A stretch of DNA of 64,000 nucleotides from Candidatus Kapaibacterium sp. (lineage in GTDB: Bacteria; Bacteroidota; Ignavibacteria; Palsa-1295), in the NCBI GenBank assembly GCA_035632315.1, contig DASQGZ010000010.1, positions 45,524 to 109,523 on the forward strand. Reading direction: 5' to 3'. Shown here in pieces: positions 38,740 to 50,130 of this stretch. Position numbers and translations under genes: made by a program. The notes under the pieces were generated by a model. That model was given only the letters and a program-made list of their open reading frames with translations. It ran no database searches and had not been told where the DNA came from. Within the stretch, counting starts at the first letter, position 1. Every line of letters starts with the position of its first letter.

Positions 38740-41325
38740 TTATTTCTGTTCTTCGCCGACAGTGTCAGGGCTTTCCCCTTCATGTTCGATGTCTTCGGCA
38801 TGGCTGATCCCGGCTTCCTTCATCACATCTTCGATCGTTGTCGGATGCGTCGTGATCGTTGTTGCGCCGCCGGTGGCATGATCGATGTGGAAGAGCAGTT
38901 CTGCGCCGTTGGCAGCAACATCGACTTTTACGGTTGAGCCTTCTTTGACAGAGCCTTTCAATATTTCTTCAGCGATCGGATCTTCGATGTATTTCTGCAT
39001 TGCACGTCGAAGCGGCCGAGCCCCATATTGCTTGTCATAACCTTTCTCGGCGACGTAATCGAGCGCCGTGGGCGTCAGTTCGACGCTGACACCCATTTGC
39101 CGTACACGGCCGAGCAGTTTTGCAAGCGAGATCTGAATGATCTGCACAATGTCTTCTTTCGTGAGCGCGCGGAAGACGATCGTCTCGTCAACGCGATTCA
39201 AGAATTCTGGATTAAAGAGCCGCTTGAGCGATTCGTCGATCTGCTCTTTCATTCTTCCGTGTTCGTCTGCGCTCGACGATTCGCCAAAGCCGATGCGCGG
39301 CTGTTTCTTGATGTCACGCGAGCCGACGTTCGACGTCATAATGATGATCGTGTTTTTGAAGTCAACTTTACGGCCGAGCGAGTCGGTGAGTTGACCGTCG
39401 TCAAGCACTTGCAGCAAAATATTAAAGACATCCGGATGCGCTTTCTCGATCTCGTCAAGCAGCACAACCGAATATGGTTTGCGGCGAACCTTCTCGGTCA
39501 GTTGTCCGCCTTCTTCATAACCAACGTATCCCGGAGGGGCGCCGACAAGGCGAGAGACAGAAAACTTCTCCATATACTCCGACATATCGACGCGGATGAG
39601 CGCATCGTCGCTGTCAAATAGATAGCGAGCCAATGCTTTTGCAAGCTCTGTCTTTCCGACGCCGGTCGGTCCTAAAAAGATGAAGCTTCCGATCGGGCGT
39701 GACGGATCTTTGAGTCCTGCGCGAGTACGGCGAATGGCTTTCGAGAGTTTTTCGATCGCTTCGTCCTGACCGATGACAACGCCCCGAAGGACATCGTGCA
39801 TTTTCAGTAGCTTCTGGCTTTCGCTCTCGGCAACTTTATTCACCGGAATGCCCGTCATCATAGCAATGACGTCAGCAATGTCGTCTTCGGAAACTTCATA
39901 GACCTGCGAGCCGAGTTCAGCTTCCCATTTTAAGAGCGCATTTTCGAGATCTTGCTGATGCTTTTTCTCAAGGTCGCGAAGTTTCGCTGCCTCTTCGAAG
40001 TTCTGTGTCTTGACCACAAGGTTCTTTTGAACTTTCACGTCTTCGATCTGGCGTTCAAGTTCTTCGACTTCCTTCGGAGCGTGTACGTTTGCAAGGTGTA
40101 CACGGGAGCCGGCTTCATCCATTACATCGATCGCTTTATCCGGAAGGAAGCGGTCGGTAATGTAGCGGTCGGATAACCGGACGGCAGAGTCGATCGCCTT
40201 TGCCGAGTAATGCACCTGGTGATGCGCTTCGTATTTCGTGGCGATATTCTGTAAGATCTGAATCGTTTCATCAACGGTCGGCGGATCAACAATGATCTTT
40301 TGGAATCGGCGGTCGAGTGCACCGTCTTTTTCAATGAATTGTCGGTATTCATCGAGCGTCGTTGCGCCGATGCACTGGATGTCGCCGCGGGCAAGGGCGG
40401 GTTTAAACATATTTGACGCATCGAGCGAACCCGAAGCGCCGCCGGCGCCAACGATCGTATGTAACTCGTCAATAAACAAAATGACGTCTTTCGCTTTTTC
40501 AAGCTCGTTCATCACCGCTTTCATTCGTTCTTCGAATTGTCCGCGATATTTTGTGCCTGCTACCAATGCGGCGAGGTCGAGCGTGACGACGCGCTTATCG
40601 AAAAGGACACGGGGGACTTTTTTCTGAACAATGCGAAGCGCCAAACCTTCGGCGATCGCTGTTTTGCCAACGCCCGGTTCGCCAATGAGAACCGGATTAT
40701 TTTTCTTGCGGCGTGAAAGGATCTGAGCGACGCGCTCGATCTCTTTCTCGCGGCCGATGATCGGATCGAGTTTGTCCTCGGCACCAAGCTTCGTCAGGTC
40801 GCGGCCGAAGTTATCGAGTACGGGCGTTTTTGTGCGTTCGGGTTTCTTCTCCTGCGATTGCTGTTTCGGAGTCGAGCTCGCACGGCCTGAAATGATATTA
40901 TCGAGTTCGGCACGAACCGAATCGTAGGTACAATTAAATTGATTGAGAATTTGAGCGGCGATATTATCTTCGTCGCGCAGCAATGACAGCAATAAGTGCT
41001 CTGTCCCGATCACCTCGCTCTTATAGAGCTTTGCTTCGAGATATGTGATCTTCAGCACCTTCTCTGCCTGCTTTGTCAGCGGAATATTGCCGATCGTCAG
41101 CGTTGCGCCGCCGGAGCGGACAGTGTCCTCGACCGCCTTTTTGATCTTGTAGAGATCAACTCCGAGATTACGGAGTATCTTGACCGCAATGCCTTCGCCT
41201 TCACGGATGATGCCGAGCAGCAGATGCTCGGTACCGATATAATCATGCCCCAGACGGATCGCTTCTTCCCGAGAAAGACGGATCACGTCCTGAACCCTAT
41301 TCGAAAAATTTCCTTCTTGCGCCAT
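38740..41325 (-). CDS. clpC: ClpC-type AAA+ chaperone/unfoldase (Clp ATPase, two nucleotide-binding domains)
   Basis: 861 aa. Two N-domain repeats, Walker A GEPGVGKT and GPTGVGKT, a short M-domain coiled coil, and 'PRIGFGE' ClpP-docking IGF-type loop (which argues against ClpB). Confidence 0.85.
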   Translation of the reverse strand: MAQEGNFSNRVQDVIRLSREEAIRLGHDYIGTEHLLLGIIREGEGIAVKILRNLGVDLYKIKKAVEDTVRSGGATLTIGNIPLTKQAEKVLKITYLEAKLYKSEVIGTEHLLLSLLRDEDNIAAQILNQFNCTYDSVRAELDNIISGRASSTPKQQSQEKKPERTKTPVLDNFGRDLTKLGAEDKLDPIIGREKEIERVAQILSRRKKNNPVLIGEPGVGKTAIAEGLALRIVQKKVPRVLFDKRVVTLDLAALVAGTKYRGQFEERMKAVMNELEKAKDVILFIDELHTIVGAGGASGSLDASNMFKPALARGDIQCIGATTLDEYRQFIEKDGALDRRFQKIIVDPPTVDETIQILQNIATKYEAHHQVHYSAKAIDSAVRLSDRYITDRFLPDKAIDVMDEAGSRVHLANVHAPKEVEELERQIEDVKVQKNLVVKTQNFEEAAKLRDLEKKHQQDLENALLKWEAELGSQVYEVSEDDIADVIAMMTGIPVNKVAESESQKLLKMHDVLRGVVIGQDEAIEKLSKAIRRTRAGLKDPSRPIGSFIFLGPTGVGKTELAKALARYLFDSDDALIRVDMSEYMEKFSVSRLVGAPPGYVGYEEGGQLTEKVRRKPYSVVLLDEIEKAHPDVFNILLQVLDDGQLTDSLGRKVDFKNTIIIMTSNVGSRDIKKQPRIGFGESSSADEHGRMKEQIDESLKRLFNPEFLNRVDETIVFRALTKEDIVQIIQISLAKLLGRVRQMGVSVELTPTALDYVAEKGYDKQYGARPLRRAMQKYIEDPIAEEILKGSVKEGSTVKVDVAANGAELLFHIDHATGGATTITTHPTTIEDVMKEAGISHAEDIEHEGESPDTVGEEQK

Positions 41326-41421
41326 GATCGTAGCTTAAAAATTTACCCTATTCTTATAAGACGAAAATCGCAGTAGTGTTGTTTCAAAACCGACTATGAC
41401 TTTCGATTCATCATTTTTACT

Positions 41422-42996
41422 ATGTATTCTAACATAGTGGAGTTTCACAGGGTTCGTTTTGTAAAATCTCTCGCCCGAGCTGCGACGTTTATTTCGTTCC
41501 TCTGGTTCGCTTTACCCGTATGTACTTATGCGCAGGCAGGATTCGATTCGTGGCTTGCACAAATTAACAATCGGACGAAATACGGTCATTGCGCGACTGA
41601 AGCCGCATTCGAGATAGCAACCGAGCGACAGAAAACCGGTATTTCAAATATTCAAGTTATTTTTCCGACACTTCAGGATTCCATCACTTCGCCAAGCGGG
41701 AGATTCAAGGTTTATTTTGACCTAAACGGCGCGAATGCTACCAACCCGAACTACGCAGCGTACGTAGCTCATATCGCCGATACGACATATCTGCTCGAAA
41801 TTGATACCCTCGGTTACCCGAAGCCGCCTTATGCGTTCTCCGATTCGACGTGGCATATTTATCTTGTCGCGATGAACGGGGGCAAATACGGATTTACCGC
41901 TCCGGCTGAGGATAATTCGTTCGGTTTGTCGCCGACAGGGTTGCAAAAATATCGTGCATTCATCACGATGGATAATAGTTTTTCTGCATCCACATACCCC
42001 ACGCACGGTCTTGATGCCGCCCGCATTACCGTCTTTCACGAGTTTCATCACATTATCCAATTCGGAGATTATGGGTATGGGCAGTTGACCCATGATGTTA
42101 ATTTCCGCGAGATGACGAGCGTCTGGATGGAAATGAGAAGTTCTCCGTGGATAACTGATTATCAACAGTACCTGCCTGCATATTTTGCACACCTATCGCA
42201 GTCATTTATGCTTGCAGATGCGCAAGGGTATGGGCAGTGCATTTGGATGAAATTCAATGCTACGGTATTTCAAGATAGCATTGTCAAACAATTTTGGACA
42301 TGGTATTCGAATATCAATGCGAATTATTTGCTTGCGTTTGATTCTGTACTCGCAGCTTATAATAGCAGTTTCTGTGAGCAATACCGATCATTTGGCGCCG
42401 GGTTATTAAATCTGAGAACGATATATTTTGATTCACCCGACCTTCCTGTAGGTAAATATTCTCTCGATTCTTTGAAGGTCTATCCTGTTTCTGCAGATAC
42501 TTCGATGATCATGGATCCGGCGTCGTTAATATTGTTACTCCATTATCCTCCTCCAAACTCCGGGAAAGCATTTGTGATCGCTCGCAATACGGATTTCTCT
42601 GTCATCCCGACGTTGAATGTCCATTATAATAATGCATATTCCTGGACAAGCGATCATACTGAGGCATATTGCGGCGGAGCACTTGATCTTCCGAGCACGA
42701 ACGTATCCGTCTATCCACAGCCGTTTGTGTATTCACCCGGTCTCGGGGCATCAGCTAATATATACTCATCTAACTCGATCAATAAACCGATTTCCTGTAT
42801 CTTAAGAATTTTTGATCTGAACAATTCGCTTATCAGGCATATTGAGACTCCGCCGAACGCATACGGCGGTAACTGGTTCGTCAGTTGGGACGGGCTTGAT
42901 GATGTCGGCAGCGGAGTACCGAGCGGCATCTATTATTATGATTTGCTGACCGATGGCGTTAAAACGCAAGGCAAGATCGCTGTTATACGCAAATAA
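41422..42996 (+). CDS. secreted hypothetical protein with HExxH motif and T9SS C-terminal sorting domain
   Basis: Signal peptide (..PVCTYAQAG). 'ITVFHEFHHIIQFGDYGYG' is a possible zinc-metallopeptidase HExxH. C-terminal 'VSVYPQPF...GIYYYDLLTDGVKTQGKIAVIRK' is T9SS CTD-like. Confidence 0.45.
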   Translation: MYSNIVEFHRVRFVKSLARAATFISFLWFALPVCTYAQAGFDSWLAQINNRTKYGHCATEAAFEIATERQKTGISNIQVIFPTLQDSITSPSGRFKVYFDLNGANATNPNYAAYVAHIADTTYLLEIDTLGYPKPPYAFSDSTWHIYLVAMNGGKYGFTAPAEDNSFGLSPTGLQKYRAFITMDNSFSASTYPTHGLDAARITVFHEFHHIIQFGDYGYGQLTHDVNFREMTSVWMEMRSSPWITDYQQYLPAYFAHLSQSFMLADAQGYGQCIWMKFNATVFQDSIVKQFWTWYSNINANYLLAFDSVLAAYNSSFCEQYRSFGAGLLNLRTIYFDSPDLPVGKYSLDSLKVYPVSADTSMIMDPASLILLLHYPPPNSGKAFVIARNTDFSVIPTLNVHYNNAYSWTSDHTEAYCGGALDLPSTNVSVYPQPFVYSPGLGASANIYSSNSINKPISCILRIFDLNNSLIRHIETPPNAYGGNWFVSWDGLDDVGSGVPSGIYYYDLLTDGVKTQGKIAVIRK

Positions 42997-43122
42997 CCCC
43001 TGTTTTAGAGCCTATTTTAGGCATTCGGAAGCCTTTTTCAGAGCTGTGGTGTTATACGAGGCTCAATAGTTCGGGAGACAGTTTTTCTCTCATTATTCAA
43101 CTGATATCTTATATTCGTATCT

Positions 43123-43695
43123 ATGGCTTCGACCAATGATTTTCGTGTCGGTACAGTACTTCGGTGGGACGGCGGCGAGCTTTTCCGTATCGAGGAATAC
43201 GAGCATCGTACACCGGGCAACCTTCGCGCATTTGTACAGGCAAGAATGCGCTCGCTGCGCAGCGGCAATCTAAAAGAGGTTCGCTTTCGCTCAGGCGAAG
43301 AAGTCGAGATCGTTCGGATGGAGAAAAAACCGTACCAGTTCTTATATAAAGATGGCGACGATTTCGTCTTTATGGATAACGAAACCTACGAACAGGTGAC
43401 TGTTCAGCCGGTGAAGGTCGGCGATGCAGCGTTATTCATCAAAGAGTCGGATACCGTCGATATTCTCTTTTCGGAAGACGGAGAAGTCATTTCTCTTGAG
43501 GTTGCACCTGCGGTTGTACTGAAGATCGTCGAGACGGATCCGGGTATGCGCGGAGATACCGCCACCGGAGGCACGAAGCCCGCAAAGCTTGAGACTGGGG
43601 CAGTGGTGAACGTTCCGCTCTTCTTGAATGAAGGCGAGTTGGTAAAAGTCGATACACGGACAGGGCAATACCTCGAACGTGTAAAAGCGAAATAA
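43123..43695 (+). CDS. efp: translation elongation factor P
   Basis: 190 aa; 'FRVGTVLRWDGGELFRIEEYEH.TPGNLRAFVQARMRSLRSG' is canonical EF-P. Confidence 0.95.
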   Translation: MASTNDFRVGTVLRWDGGELFRIEEYEHRTPGNLRAFVQARMRSLRSGNLKEVRFRSGEEVEIVRMEKKPYQFLYKDGDDFVFMDNETYEQVTVQPVKVGDAALFIKESDTVDILFSEDGEVISLEVAPAVVLKIVETDPGMRGDTATGGTKPAKLETGAVVNVPLFLNEGELVKVDTRTGQYLERVKAK

Positions 43696-43790
43696 ATATT
43701 TTAGGATGATGAATCTTGAGTATTAAATTTTGAATATACGTTCATTCAAAGTTCAATATTCATAGCTCAAAATTCCACACAGAATAGCCT

Positions 43791-44252
43791 ATGGATCTAA
43801 GTTACTTGGAAAAAATTTTGCGGCTCTTTGACGAGAGTACGCTGACAGAACTCGAGATCGAAGAAGAAGGCACGCAGATTCGCTTCTCTCGCCGCAATGA
43901 TCAGCCTGCAGCAATTGGATATGCGCCGCCGATGCAGTATGCTCCTGCCCAGATGGCTGCCCCGGTTTCAGCTGCCGCGCCGTCAGCCACCGCGCCTGCT
44001 GTGGCGTCGAATCAGCATGAGATAAAATCGCCGATCGTCGGCACGATGTACCGCGCTCCGTCGCCCGATGCCGATCCATACATTCAGGTCGGCCAGCATA
44101 TCGAAGCAGGGCAGACGATCTGTATTGTCGAGGCGATGAAGTTGATGAACGAGATCGAGAGCGATGTAACCGGGAAAGTCGTGAAGATCTTAGTCGAGAA
44201 CGGACAACCGGTCGAGTACGGCCAGCCTATTGCGATCATCGAAAAGGACTAA
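43791..44252 (+). CDS. accB: acetyl-CoA carboxylase biotin carboxyl carrier protein
   Basis: Ala/Pro-rich linker and C-terminal biotinyl domain with '[12 protein letters not shown]' (biotinyl-Lys motif). Confidence 0.9.
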   Translation: MDLSYLEKILRLFDESTLTELEIEEEGTQIRFSRRNDQPAAIGYAPPMQYAPAQMAAPVSAAAPSATAPAVASNQHEIKSPIVGTMYRAPSPDADPYIQVGQHIEAGQTICIVEAMKLMNEIESDVTGKVVKILVENGQPVEYGQPIAIIEKD

Positions 44253-44306
44253 ACAATCTCAGAAGGACGTTTTGACTTCTGATACCACATTTCTGATTTC
44301 GAACAA

Positions 44307-45656
44307 GTGTTCCACAAGATTCTCATAGCCAATCGCGGCGAGATCGCACTTCGCATCATTCGCACATGCCGTGAACTTGGCGTTAAAACGGTCGCGGTGT
44401 ATTCAGAAGCCGATAAGCATTCGCTTCACGTCCGTTTTGCCGATGAAGCTGTTTGTATTGGTCCGCCTGCCGGCAAATCGTCGTATCTGAACATTCCACA
44501 GATCATTAGTGCTGCTCATCTGACAAGCGTTGAAGCAATTCATCCCGGTTATGGCTTTCTTGCAGAGAATGCAGAGTTCTCGGATATTTGCACCGCTTCC
44601 GGATTTACATTTATTGGCCCGACGCCGGATATGATCTCGGCAATGGGCGATAAAGCCCGCGCAAAAGAAACAATGAAGAAAGCCGGTGTGCCGGTCGTGC
44701 CGGGTTCGGATGGGATCGTCAAGAGCGCAGACGATGCAATAGATGTTGCAAAACAGATCGGATATCCGGTAATCATCAAAGCAGTCGCCGGCGGCGGCGG
44801 CCGAGGAATGCGCGTTGTTAATAAGCCGGAAGAACTTGAATCGAATTATCAGATGGCGCAAGCAGAAGCGGCGAGCGCATTCAATAACGGCGCTGTCTAT
44901 ATTGAGAAGTTCGTCGAGAAGCCGCGCCATATCGAAATTCAAGTCTTCGGCGATATGCACGGGAATGTGGTGCATTACAACGAGCGTGAGTGCTCGATCC
45001 AGCGCCGTCATCAAAAGCTTGTCGAAGAATCGCCGTCGCCTGTCGTGACCGAAGCGATCCGCGAGAAAATGGGCGACGCATCTATTAAAGGTTGTATGAG
45101 CGTCGGATATGTCGGCGCCGGGACGATAGAATATCTGCTCGATGCGCATGGAAATTTCTATTTTATGGAAATGAACACCCGCATTCAGGTCGAGCATTGT
45201 GTGACCGAACAAGTGATCGGCCTCGATCTGATCGCTCAGCAATTAACGGTTGCCGACGGCGGGAGGATTTCGCGTAAACTCCGAAAGCCGGACGGCCACG
45301 CAATTGAATGCCGTATTAATGCCGAAGATGTCGAAAAAGATTTTCGCCCGTCGCCGGGCAACATCACGGGCTTCCACGCGCCGGGCGGCTACGGTGTGCG
45401 GCTTGATTCGCATGCATACGCCGGATACTCGATACCGCCGTATTATGATTCTTTGATCGGTAAACTCATCATATGGGGTTCGGACCGTGAAGAAGCGATC
45501 GACCGAATGAAATCCGCGCTCGATGAGTTTGTCATCGAAGGCATCAAGACGACGATACCATTCCACCGTGCACTAATGCGCAACGAACAATTTCGCGCCG
45601 GCGATTTCGATACGAAATTTTTAGAGACGTTCGATTTTTCGAGCATTCATTATTAA
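44307..45656 (+). CDS. accC: acetyl-CoA carboxylase biotin carboxylase subunit
   Basis: 449 aa. '[22 protein letters not shown]', ATP-grasp '[10 protein letters not shown]' and '[14 protein letters not shown]' are canonical. Confidence 0.95.
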   Translation: MFHKILIANRGEIALRIIRTCRELGVKTVAVYSEADKHSLHVRFADEAVCIGPPAGKSSYLNIPQIISAAHLTSVEAIHPGYGFLAENAEFSDICTASGFTFIGPTPDMISAMGDKARAKETMKKAGVPVVPGSDGIVKSADDAIDVAKQIGYPVIIKAVAGGGGRGMRVVNKPEELESNYQMAQAEAASAFNNGAVYIEKFVEKPRHIEIQVFGDMHGNVVHYNERECSIQRRHQKLVEESPSPVVTEAIREKMGDASIKGCMSVGYVGAGTIEYLLDAHGNFYFMEMNTRIQVEHCVTEQVIGLDLIAQQLTVADGGRISRKLRKPDGHAIECRINAEDVEKDFRPSPGNITGFHAPGGYGVRLDSHAYAGYSIPPYYDSLIGKLIIWGSDREEAIDRMKSALDEFVIEGIKTTIPFHRALMRNEQFRAGDFDTKFLETFDFSSIHY

Positions 45657-45671
45657 TAATTCAATACGACG

Positions 45672-46049
45672 ATGAATTTTCCTGAAAATCTGACTTATAC
45701 GAAAGAGCATGAATGGCTGAAAGTTGACGGCGCTGTCGCAACGATCGGCATTACCGATTTTGCGCAAGGCGAACTGGGCGATGTTATTTACATCGACATT
45801 GCAAATGGTCAGGATGTCAGCGCCGGGCATTCGGTCGGCTCGGTCGAAGCTGTGAAAACAGTGAGCGATATTTATTCGCCGGTTTCCGGCAAGGTTATCG
45901 AGGTCAATACAGCACTCAACGATGCGCCGGATACGGTCAACAAAGATCCCTACGGTGGCGGCTGGCTCCTGAAAGTGCAGATGTCAAACCCCGATGAAGT
46001 CAAGCAGACGCTTTCTGTTGCCGATTACAAAGCGCTCATCGGGCAGTGA
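45672..46049 (+). CDS. gcvH: glycine cleavage system H protein
   Basis: 125 aa; lipoyl-lysine motif 'SVEAVKTVSDIYSPVSG'. Confidence 0.9.
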   Translation: MNFPENLTYTKEHEWLKVDGAVATIGITDFAQGELGDVIYIDIANGQDVSAGHSVGSVEAVKTVSDIYSPVSGKVIEVNTALNDAPDTVNKDPYGGGWLLKVQMSNPDEVKQTLSVADYKALIGQ

Positions 46050-46146
46050 TCTTGCACCATAGGGCACTCAATTTTATCTCGTAGCGTTTTATAACTTTAG
46101 ACAAACCGAGCCAGAAGACCAGTTCTTTTGGCTCTTTGTTTTTTTT

Positions 46147-47700
46147 TTGTTTATGGCTCATTCCGGAGATTCCGTACTCATTCTCGATTTCGGTTCGCAA
46201 TATACACAACTGATCGCCCGCCGTGTCCGTGAGCAGGGCGTCTATGCCGAGATCTACCCGTGTACCATCCCGTTCGAGACGATCAAAGAATACGATCCGT
46301 CGGCAATTATTTTATCCGGCGGACCCGCGAGCGTTTATGCCGAAGGCGCTCCAAAATGTGCGCCGCAAGTTTTCGAGATGGGCAAGCCCATCCTCGCGAT
46401 CTGTTACGGCTTGCAGTTGCTTGCATACGAAATGGGAGGCGAAGTCGATAAAAGCGCGAAGCGCGAGTTCGGCCGGGCGCAATTAATAGTAGAAGATAAA
46501 ACATCTCCGCTTTTTGCCGATTTTCCGGATAATGCCAGCGTCTGGATGTCGCACGGCGATAAGCTGACGAAAATGCCGCGGGGATTCCACGTCATCGCGC
46601 GCAGTAAAAATTCTCCGATCTGCGCCATAGCCAACGACAACAAGAAAATTTACGGCGTACAGTTTCATCCTGAAGTAGTACATACGACGGGCGGCTCTCA
46701 GATCCTTGCGAATTTTCTCTTCGATGTTGCGAATCTTAAGAGCGGATGGAATGCAGCGAACTTCATCGACGCGACGATAAATGAAATTCGCGAAGCTGTC
46801 GGCTCCGATACCGTTATTTGTGCGCTTTCCGGCGGAGTGGATTCTGCAGTTGCTGCGACGCTTGTTCATCGTGCTGTCGGCAAACAGCTAAAGTGCATTC
46901 ATGTCGATAACGGCCTGATGCGCCGCGGTGAAAGCGCCGAAGTCGTTCACACGTTCCGCGATCACTTCGGTATCGAACTCGATTTCGTCGATGCGAGCAA
47001 GCTTTTTCTCGACCGGCTCGCCGGCGTGACCGATCCCGAGCAAAAAAGAAAGATCATCGGCAAAGCATTTATTGATGTGCTTGCCGAGGAAGCGAAGAAA
47101 TTTTCCGGCGCGAAATATCTTGTGCAGGGCACGATCTATCCCGACGTAATCGAATCGCAATCGTTCAAAGGTCCGTCGGCGACGATCAAATCGCATCACA
47201 ACGTCGGCGGCTTGCCCGAACTGATGGAGCTTGACCTCATCGAACCGCTGCGCGAATTATTCAAAGACGAAGTCCGCAATGTCGGTCGCGCACTCGGCAT
47301 ACCCGAGCAATTTATCGAACGCCATCCGTTCCCGGGTCCGGGGCTTGCGATCCGCGTCATCGGTGACGTGACAAAACCGAAACTCGATCTGCTCCGCGCA
47401 GCCGATGCAATTTTCATCGAGGAACTGCACTCTAATAATATCTATCACAGCGCATGGCAGGCATTCGCTGTTCTGCTTCCGGTGCAAACTGTCGGCGTGA
47501 TGGGCGACGAACGCACGTATGATTCCGTCTGCGCCATTCGTGCCGTCACGAGTGTTGATGGAATGACTGCCGACTGGGCGCGCTTGCCTTACGAAGTCCT
47601 CGCAATTATTTCAAATCGTATAGCCAACGAAGTCAAGGGCATCAGCCGTGTGGTCTATGACATCAGCTCCAAACCCCCGGCTACGATCGAATGGGAGTAG
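46147..47700 (+). CDS. guaA: GMP synthase (glutamine-hydrolysing)
   Basis: N-terminal class I GATase (..GGPASVY..C..ICYG.Q..) and ATP-PPase 'SGGVDSAV' P-loop. C-terminal '..PPATIEWE' is the canonical GuaA ending. Confidence 0.95.
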   Translation: MFMAHSGDSVLILDFGSQYTQLIARRVREQGVYAEIYPCTIPFETIKEYDPSAIILSGGPASVYAEGAPKCAPQVFEMGKPILAICYGLQLLAYEMGGEVDKSAKREFGRAQLIVEDKTSPLFADFPDNASVWMSHGDKLTKMPRGFHVIARSKNSPICAIANDNKKIYGVQFHPEVVHTTGGSQILANFLFDVANLKSGWNAANFIDATINEIREAVGSDTVICALSGGVDSAVAATLVHRAVGKQLKCIHVDNGLMRRGESAEVVHTFRDHFGIELDFVDASKLFLDRLAGVTDPEQKRKIIGKAFIDVLAEEAKKFSGAKYLVQGTIYPDVIESQSFKGPSATIKSHHNVGGLPELMELDLIEPLRELFKDEVRNVGRALGIPEQFIERHPFPGPGLAIRVIGDVTKPKLDLLRAADAIFIEELHSNNIYHSAWQAFAVLLPVQTVGVMGDERTYDSVCAIRAVTSVDGMTADWARLPYEVLAIISNRIANEVKGISRVVYDISSKPPATIEWE

Positions 47701-47708
47701 CTTTAAAA

Positions 47709-47746
47709 GTCCTTCTCCCTCCGGGAGAAGGATTTAGGATGAGGGC
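47709..47746. repeat. REP-like palindromic element, copy 1 (reverse orientation)
   Basis: GTCCTTCTCCCTCCGGGAGAAGGATTTAGGATGAGGGC, the reverse complement of the consensus GCCCTCAYCCCTAAyCCyTCTCCCGGAGGGAGArGG. Sits 9 nt after the guaA stop. Confidence 0.7.
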
Positions 47747-47771
47747 AACACAGTATCAATCATAGCAGCAC

Positions 47772-48128
47772 ATGGATCATAACCGCACAACACCCTCACT
47801 GACAAAACTTGCACGCGAACGCAGAAAGAATCCTACTTACACCGAAAAGTTGTTGTGGCGGGTATTACGAAGCCGACGTGTGGAAGGAATTAAATTTCGC
47901 CGTGAAGTGCCTATCGAAGGGTACATCGCCGACTTCTTTTGCTTCGAACATAAATTGATCATCGAGGTTGATGGCGATGTGCATGACAAAGTAGATGTGA
48001 AGCAACATGATGAGATTCGCCAAGTTCATCTTGAGTCGCAGGGATATAAGGTGATCCGGTTTTCAGCAGACGATGTATTCGGCAGAGTGGATTGGGTGGT
48101 GGATGAGATATTGAAGCATTGCGTTTGA
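47772..48128 (+). CDS. DUF559 endonuclease-domain protein (Vsr-like fold)
   Basis: 118 aa; 'REVPIEGYIADFFCFEHKLIIEVDGDVHD' is the DUF559 core. Confidence 0.75.
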   Translation: MDHNRTTPSLTKLARERRKNPTYTEKLLWRVLRSRRVEGIKFRREVPIEGYIADFFCFEHKLIIEVDGDVHDKVDVKQHDEIRQVHLESQGYKVIRFSADDVFGRVDWVVDEILKHCV

Positions 48129-48141
48129 CCCGATCCCCCTT

Positions 48142-48178
48142 GCCCTCACCCCTACCCCCTCTCCCGGAGGGAGAGGGG
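48142..48178. repeat. REP-like palindromic element, copy 2 (forward)
   Basis: GCCCTCACCCCTACCCCCTCTCCCGGAGGGAGAGGGG with a perfect CCCTCTCCC-GGA-GGGAGAGGG hairpin. Confidence 0.7.
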
Positions 48179-48194
48179 AGCAAAGAAGTTTACA

Positions 48195-49268
48195 TTAATT
48201 GGATCCAGGATATATCCGGTCGTAATCCCGTCCCTTAGGCTTCGGAGTCGCTGGTTTGTGAGGAGAACTTTGACGATGAGGAACGCTTTCGATAGGCGCA
48301 GCTGCCTCGTGAACGGGCGTGCCCTGCAATTTGGCTGTAATGCTGCGCGTTAATTTCCCTTCAAGTCCCGAGAGATCGTCTGCTGTCCCATCGAACTGGT
48401 CGGAAAGCAGCACTTTCACCGAATCGGCATCGACAAGCTCCGCGGTGACCTTGACAATTGTACCGTGTTTCTGCACCGTACCATCGACGACGTATCGGAC
48501 GCCAAGCTCTTTAGCAACTGCGGCAATATCTCCTTTGCGACCTTTATAATTCATTGCCGTTTTCAGGTCGATGATCTGAAATCCCTGCGATCCCGAAAGT
48601 GCAGCGATGGTTTGCGCAGTTACTCCGTCAGCAAAAAAATCGTCTTGTTTATCAGACCCTAACGATTCGAACGGAAGCACAAAGAGCTTCTTTATCGTAA
48701 CTGCAGGCGCGGTTTTCTCAGGTGCAGATTGCTGAGTCGTCGCCCCTTGCGTGGCGGTTTGCTTAGCGGATAAAAGAAAATATGCGCCTGCGGCAAGAGC
48801 TGCAACAAGAATTCCGACTGCATACTTCATTATGGGCGAACGTGCTTTCACCGTAGGGGCGGAAGAAGTGTGCGCCGGCACGTCAACGCTGATAAAACTG
48901 CGGATCGCGGCTTCGATGCGCTCGTATTCTTTATACGAGGCACGCTGAATGCCGGCAAGCTGGTATTTTACTTCATGGGTAAGATCGATCGCATCTTCGA
49001 GCTCGACGGGAATGATATGTTTTTTTCCTTCGGAGGCAAGAGATAATTCCTTGATCACATTATGCGAACCGAACGAATTCGACGACAGAAGAACGATGAA
49101 GACCTTGCACTCTTCTATTGCACGTACGATCGCCGACGACCATTTTGCCGCCGCGCTGATATCGGTGTCATCCATCCAAATAGAAAAGCCCGCATCGCGA
49201 AGCCTCTGGGAAAGCCGCACCGCCTTATCTTTATCTAAACTGCTATACGATATGAAAATGTCTGTCAT
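48195..49268 (-). CDS. TIR-domain protein with single TM helix and C-terminal periplasmic TolB-N/FlgO-like sensor domain
   Basis: N-terminal 'DIFISYSSLDKDKAVRLSQRLRDAGFSIWMDD...KVFIVLLSSNSFGSHNVIKELSLA' is a bacterial TIR_2 pattern. TM helix 'YAVGILVAALAAGAYFLLSA'. C-terminal 'LFVLPFESLGSDKQDDFFADGVTAQTIAALSG..GFQIID..TAMNYKGRKGDIAAVAKELGVRYVVDGTVQKHGTIVKVTAELVDA' matches the LPFxNLSxD..YFADG..E..I..LS domain found C-terminal to TM segments in many sensor proteins. Confidence 0.75.
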   Translation of the reverse strand: MTDIFISYSSLDKDKAVRLSQRLRDAGFSIWMDDTDISAAAKWSSAIVRAIEECKVFIVLLSSNSFGSHNVIKELSLASEGKKHIIPVELEDAIDLTHEVKYQLAGIQRASYKEYERIEAAIRSFISVDVPAHTSSAPTVKARSPIMKYAVGILVAALAAGAYFLLSAKQTATQGATTQQSAPEKTAPAVTIKKLFVLPFESLGSDKQDDFFADGVTAQTIAALSGSQGFQIIDLKTAMNYKGRKGDIAAVAKELGVRYVVDGTVQKHGTIVKVTAELVDADSVKVLLSDQFDGTADDLSGLEGKLTRSITAKLQGTPVHEAAAPIESVPHRQSSPHKPATPKPKGRDYDRIYPGSN

Positions 49269-49324
49269 CGCCCGGGAAGCAAATATACGGAGTGTTCCGC
49301 TGCGATCGAAAGGGAATAGCCCCT

Positions 49325-49434
49325 GCCCTCACCCCCAGCCCCTCTCCCGGAGGGAGAGGGGAGCAATACATCCCCTTCTCCCTCCGGGAGAAGGGTTAGG
49401 GATGAGGGTCTTGAGAAGGTTAGGGATGAGGGGC
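49325..49434. repeat. REP-like palindromic elements, copies 3-5 (forward + reverse head-to-head + partial)
   Basis: GCCCTCACCCCCAGCCCCTCTCCCGGAGGGAGAGGGG, a 10-nt spacer, then CCCCTTCTCCCTCCGGGAGAAGGGTTAGGGATGAGGG, then partial GAGAAGGTTAGGGATGAGGGG. Together they form a ~100-bp compound palindrome just upstream of the TIR gene. Confidence 0.7.
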
Positions 49435-49627
49435 ATCCCATAGTTCGCCGTATATTTGCCTACCATACATCATTATGAATAAACCCTATTTCGGCGATAA
49501 CCGCGTCATCCTTCAGATCCTGACCATCGAAGGCTTGCTAAACGGCACAGCCCCGTGGCGTGCGCAACGCGAGAAAGAGCAATGCGGGCAAATGGGGATT
49601 TTATTTTTTTTAATAAACTAAATCAAT

Positions 49628-50113
49628 ATGAAATATTATACCGTGTACAATGAATTAGGCGGCAAGATTGGACTAGGTGTTATGCCACGAGAGGATGCTA
49701 TAAACTCATTTAATAACCAATTGGAAAAGGCTATCAATGGAGGTTGGATGCTAAAGTATAAATTCGATAGCAAGATCCAGCCCTATGCTGTCCTCGAAAA
49801 TAACGACCATATGGTATTGCATCTTGCTGTTGAAGAACTTTTAGATAAAGAGACATACCCCACTCATTTGTTTACGGAAATTTCAATAGATAGTGATGAT
49901 GAATCACGTTACGATGTTATTGTGACTGGGAAAATTAATCCTTGCGAAGACGTTGATTATCCCATGGCTTTATCTCATTTCTTCAGAGAAATATCGTTAG
50001 CTGTTAGCGTGGGAAATGATATTGAGAGTATGTCACCTGATAATACAAAGGAAAAGTGGGTAAGAATTGGCGATAATTTTTGGATTGAAATCAGAAGACA
50101 TGGCACATATTAG
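49628..50113 (+). CDS. hypothetical protein (AT-rich cassette, gene 1)
   Basis: 161 aa with no recognisable domain. Starts about 190 bp after the REP palindrome. Local composition is markedly AT-rich. Confidence 0.4.
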   Translation: MKYYTVYNELGGKIGLGVMPREDAINSFNNQLEKAINGGWMLKYKFDSKIQPYAVLENNDHMVLHLAVEELLDKETYPTHLFTEISIDSDDESRYDVIVTGKINPCEDVDYPMALSHFFREISLAVSVGNDIESMSPDNTKEKWVRIGDNFWIEIRRHGTY

Positions 50114-50130
50114 AAATTTAAGCGAAACTT

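Noticed and set aside
44403-45242. 279-aa minus-strand ORF inside accC, plus several 60-100-aa ORFs on both strands
   Set aside because: Antisense or out-of-frame to an unambiguous biotin carboxylase gene. Same reasoning applies to 31798..32334 (inside aspS), 12949..13629 (inside the Trp-rich lipoprotein gene), 39028..39621 and 40122..40502 (inside clpC), and 14280..14798/15000..15518 (inside the Ere-like gene).
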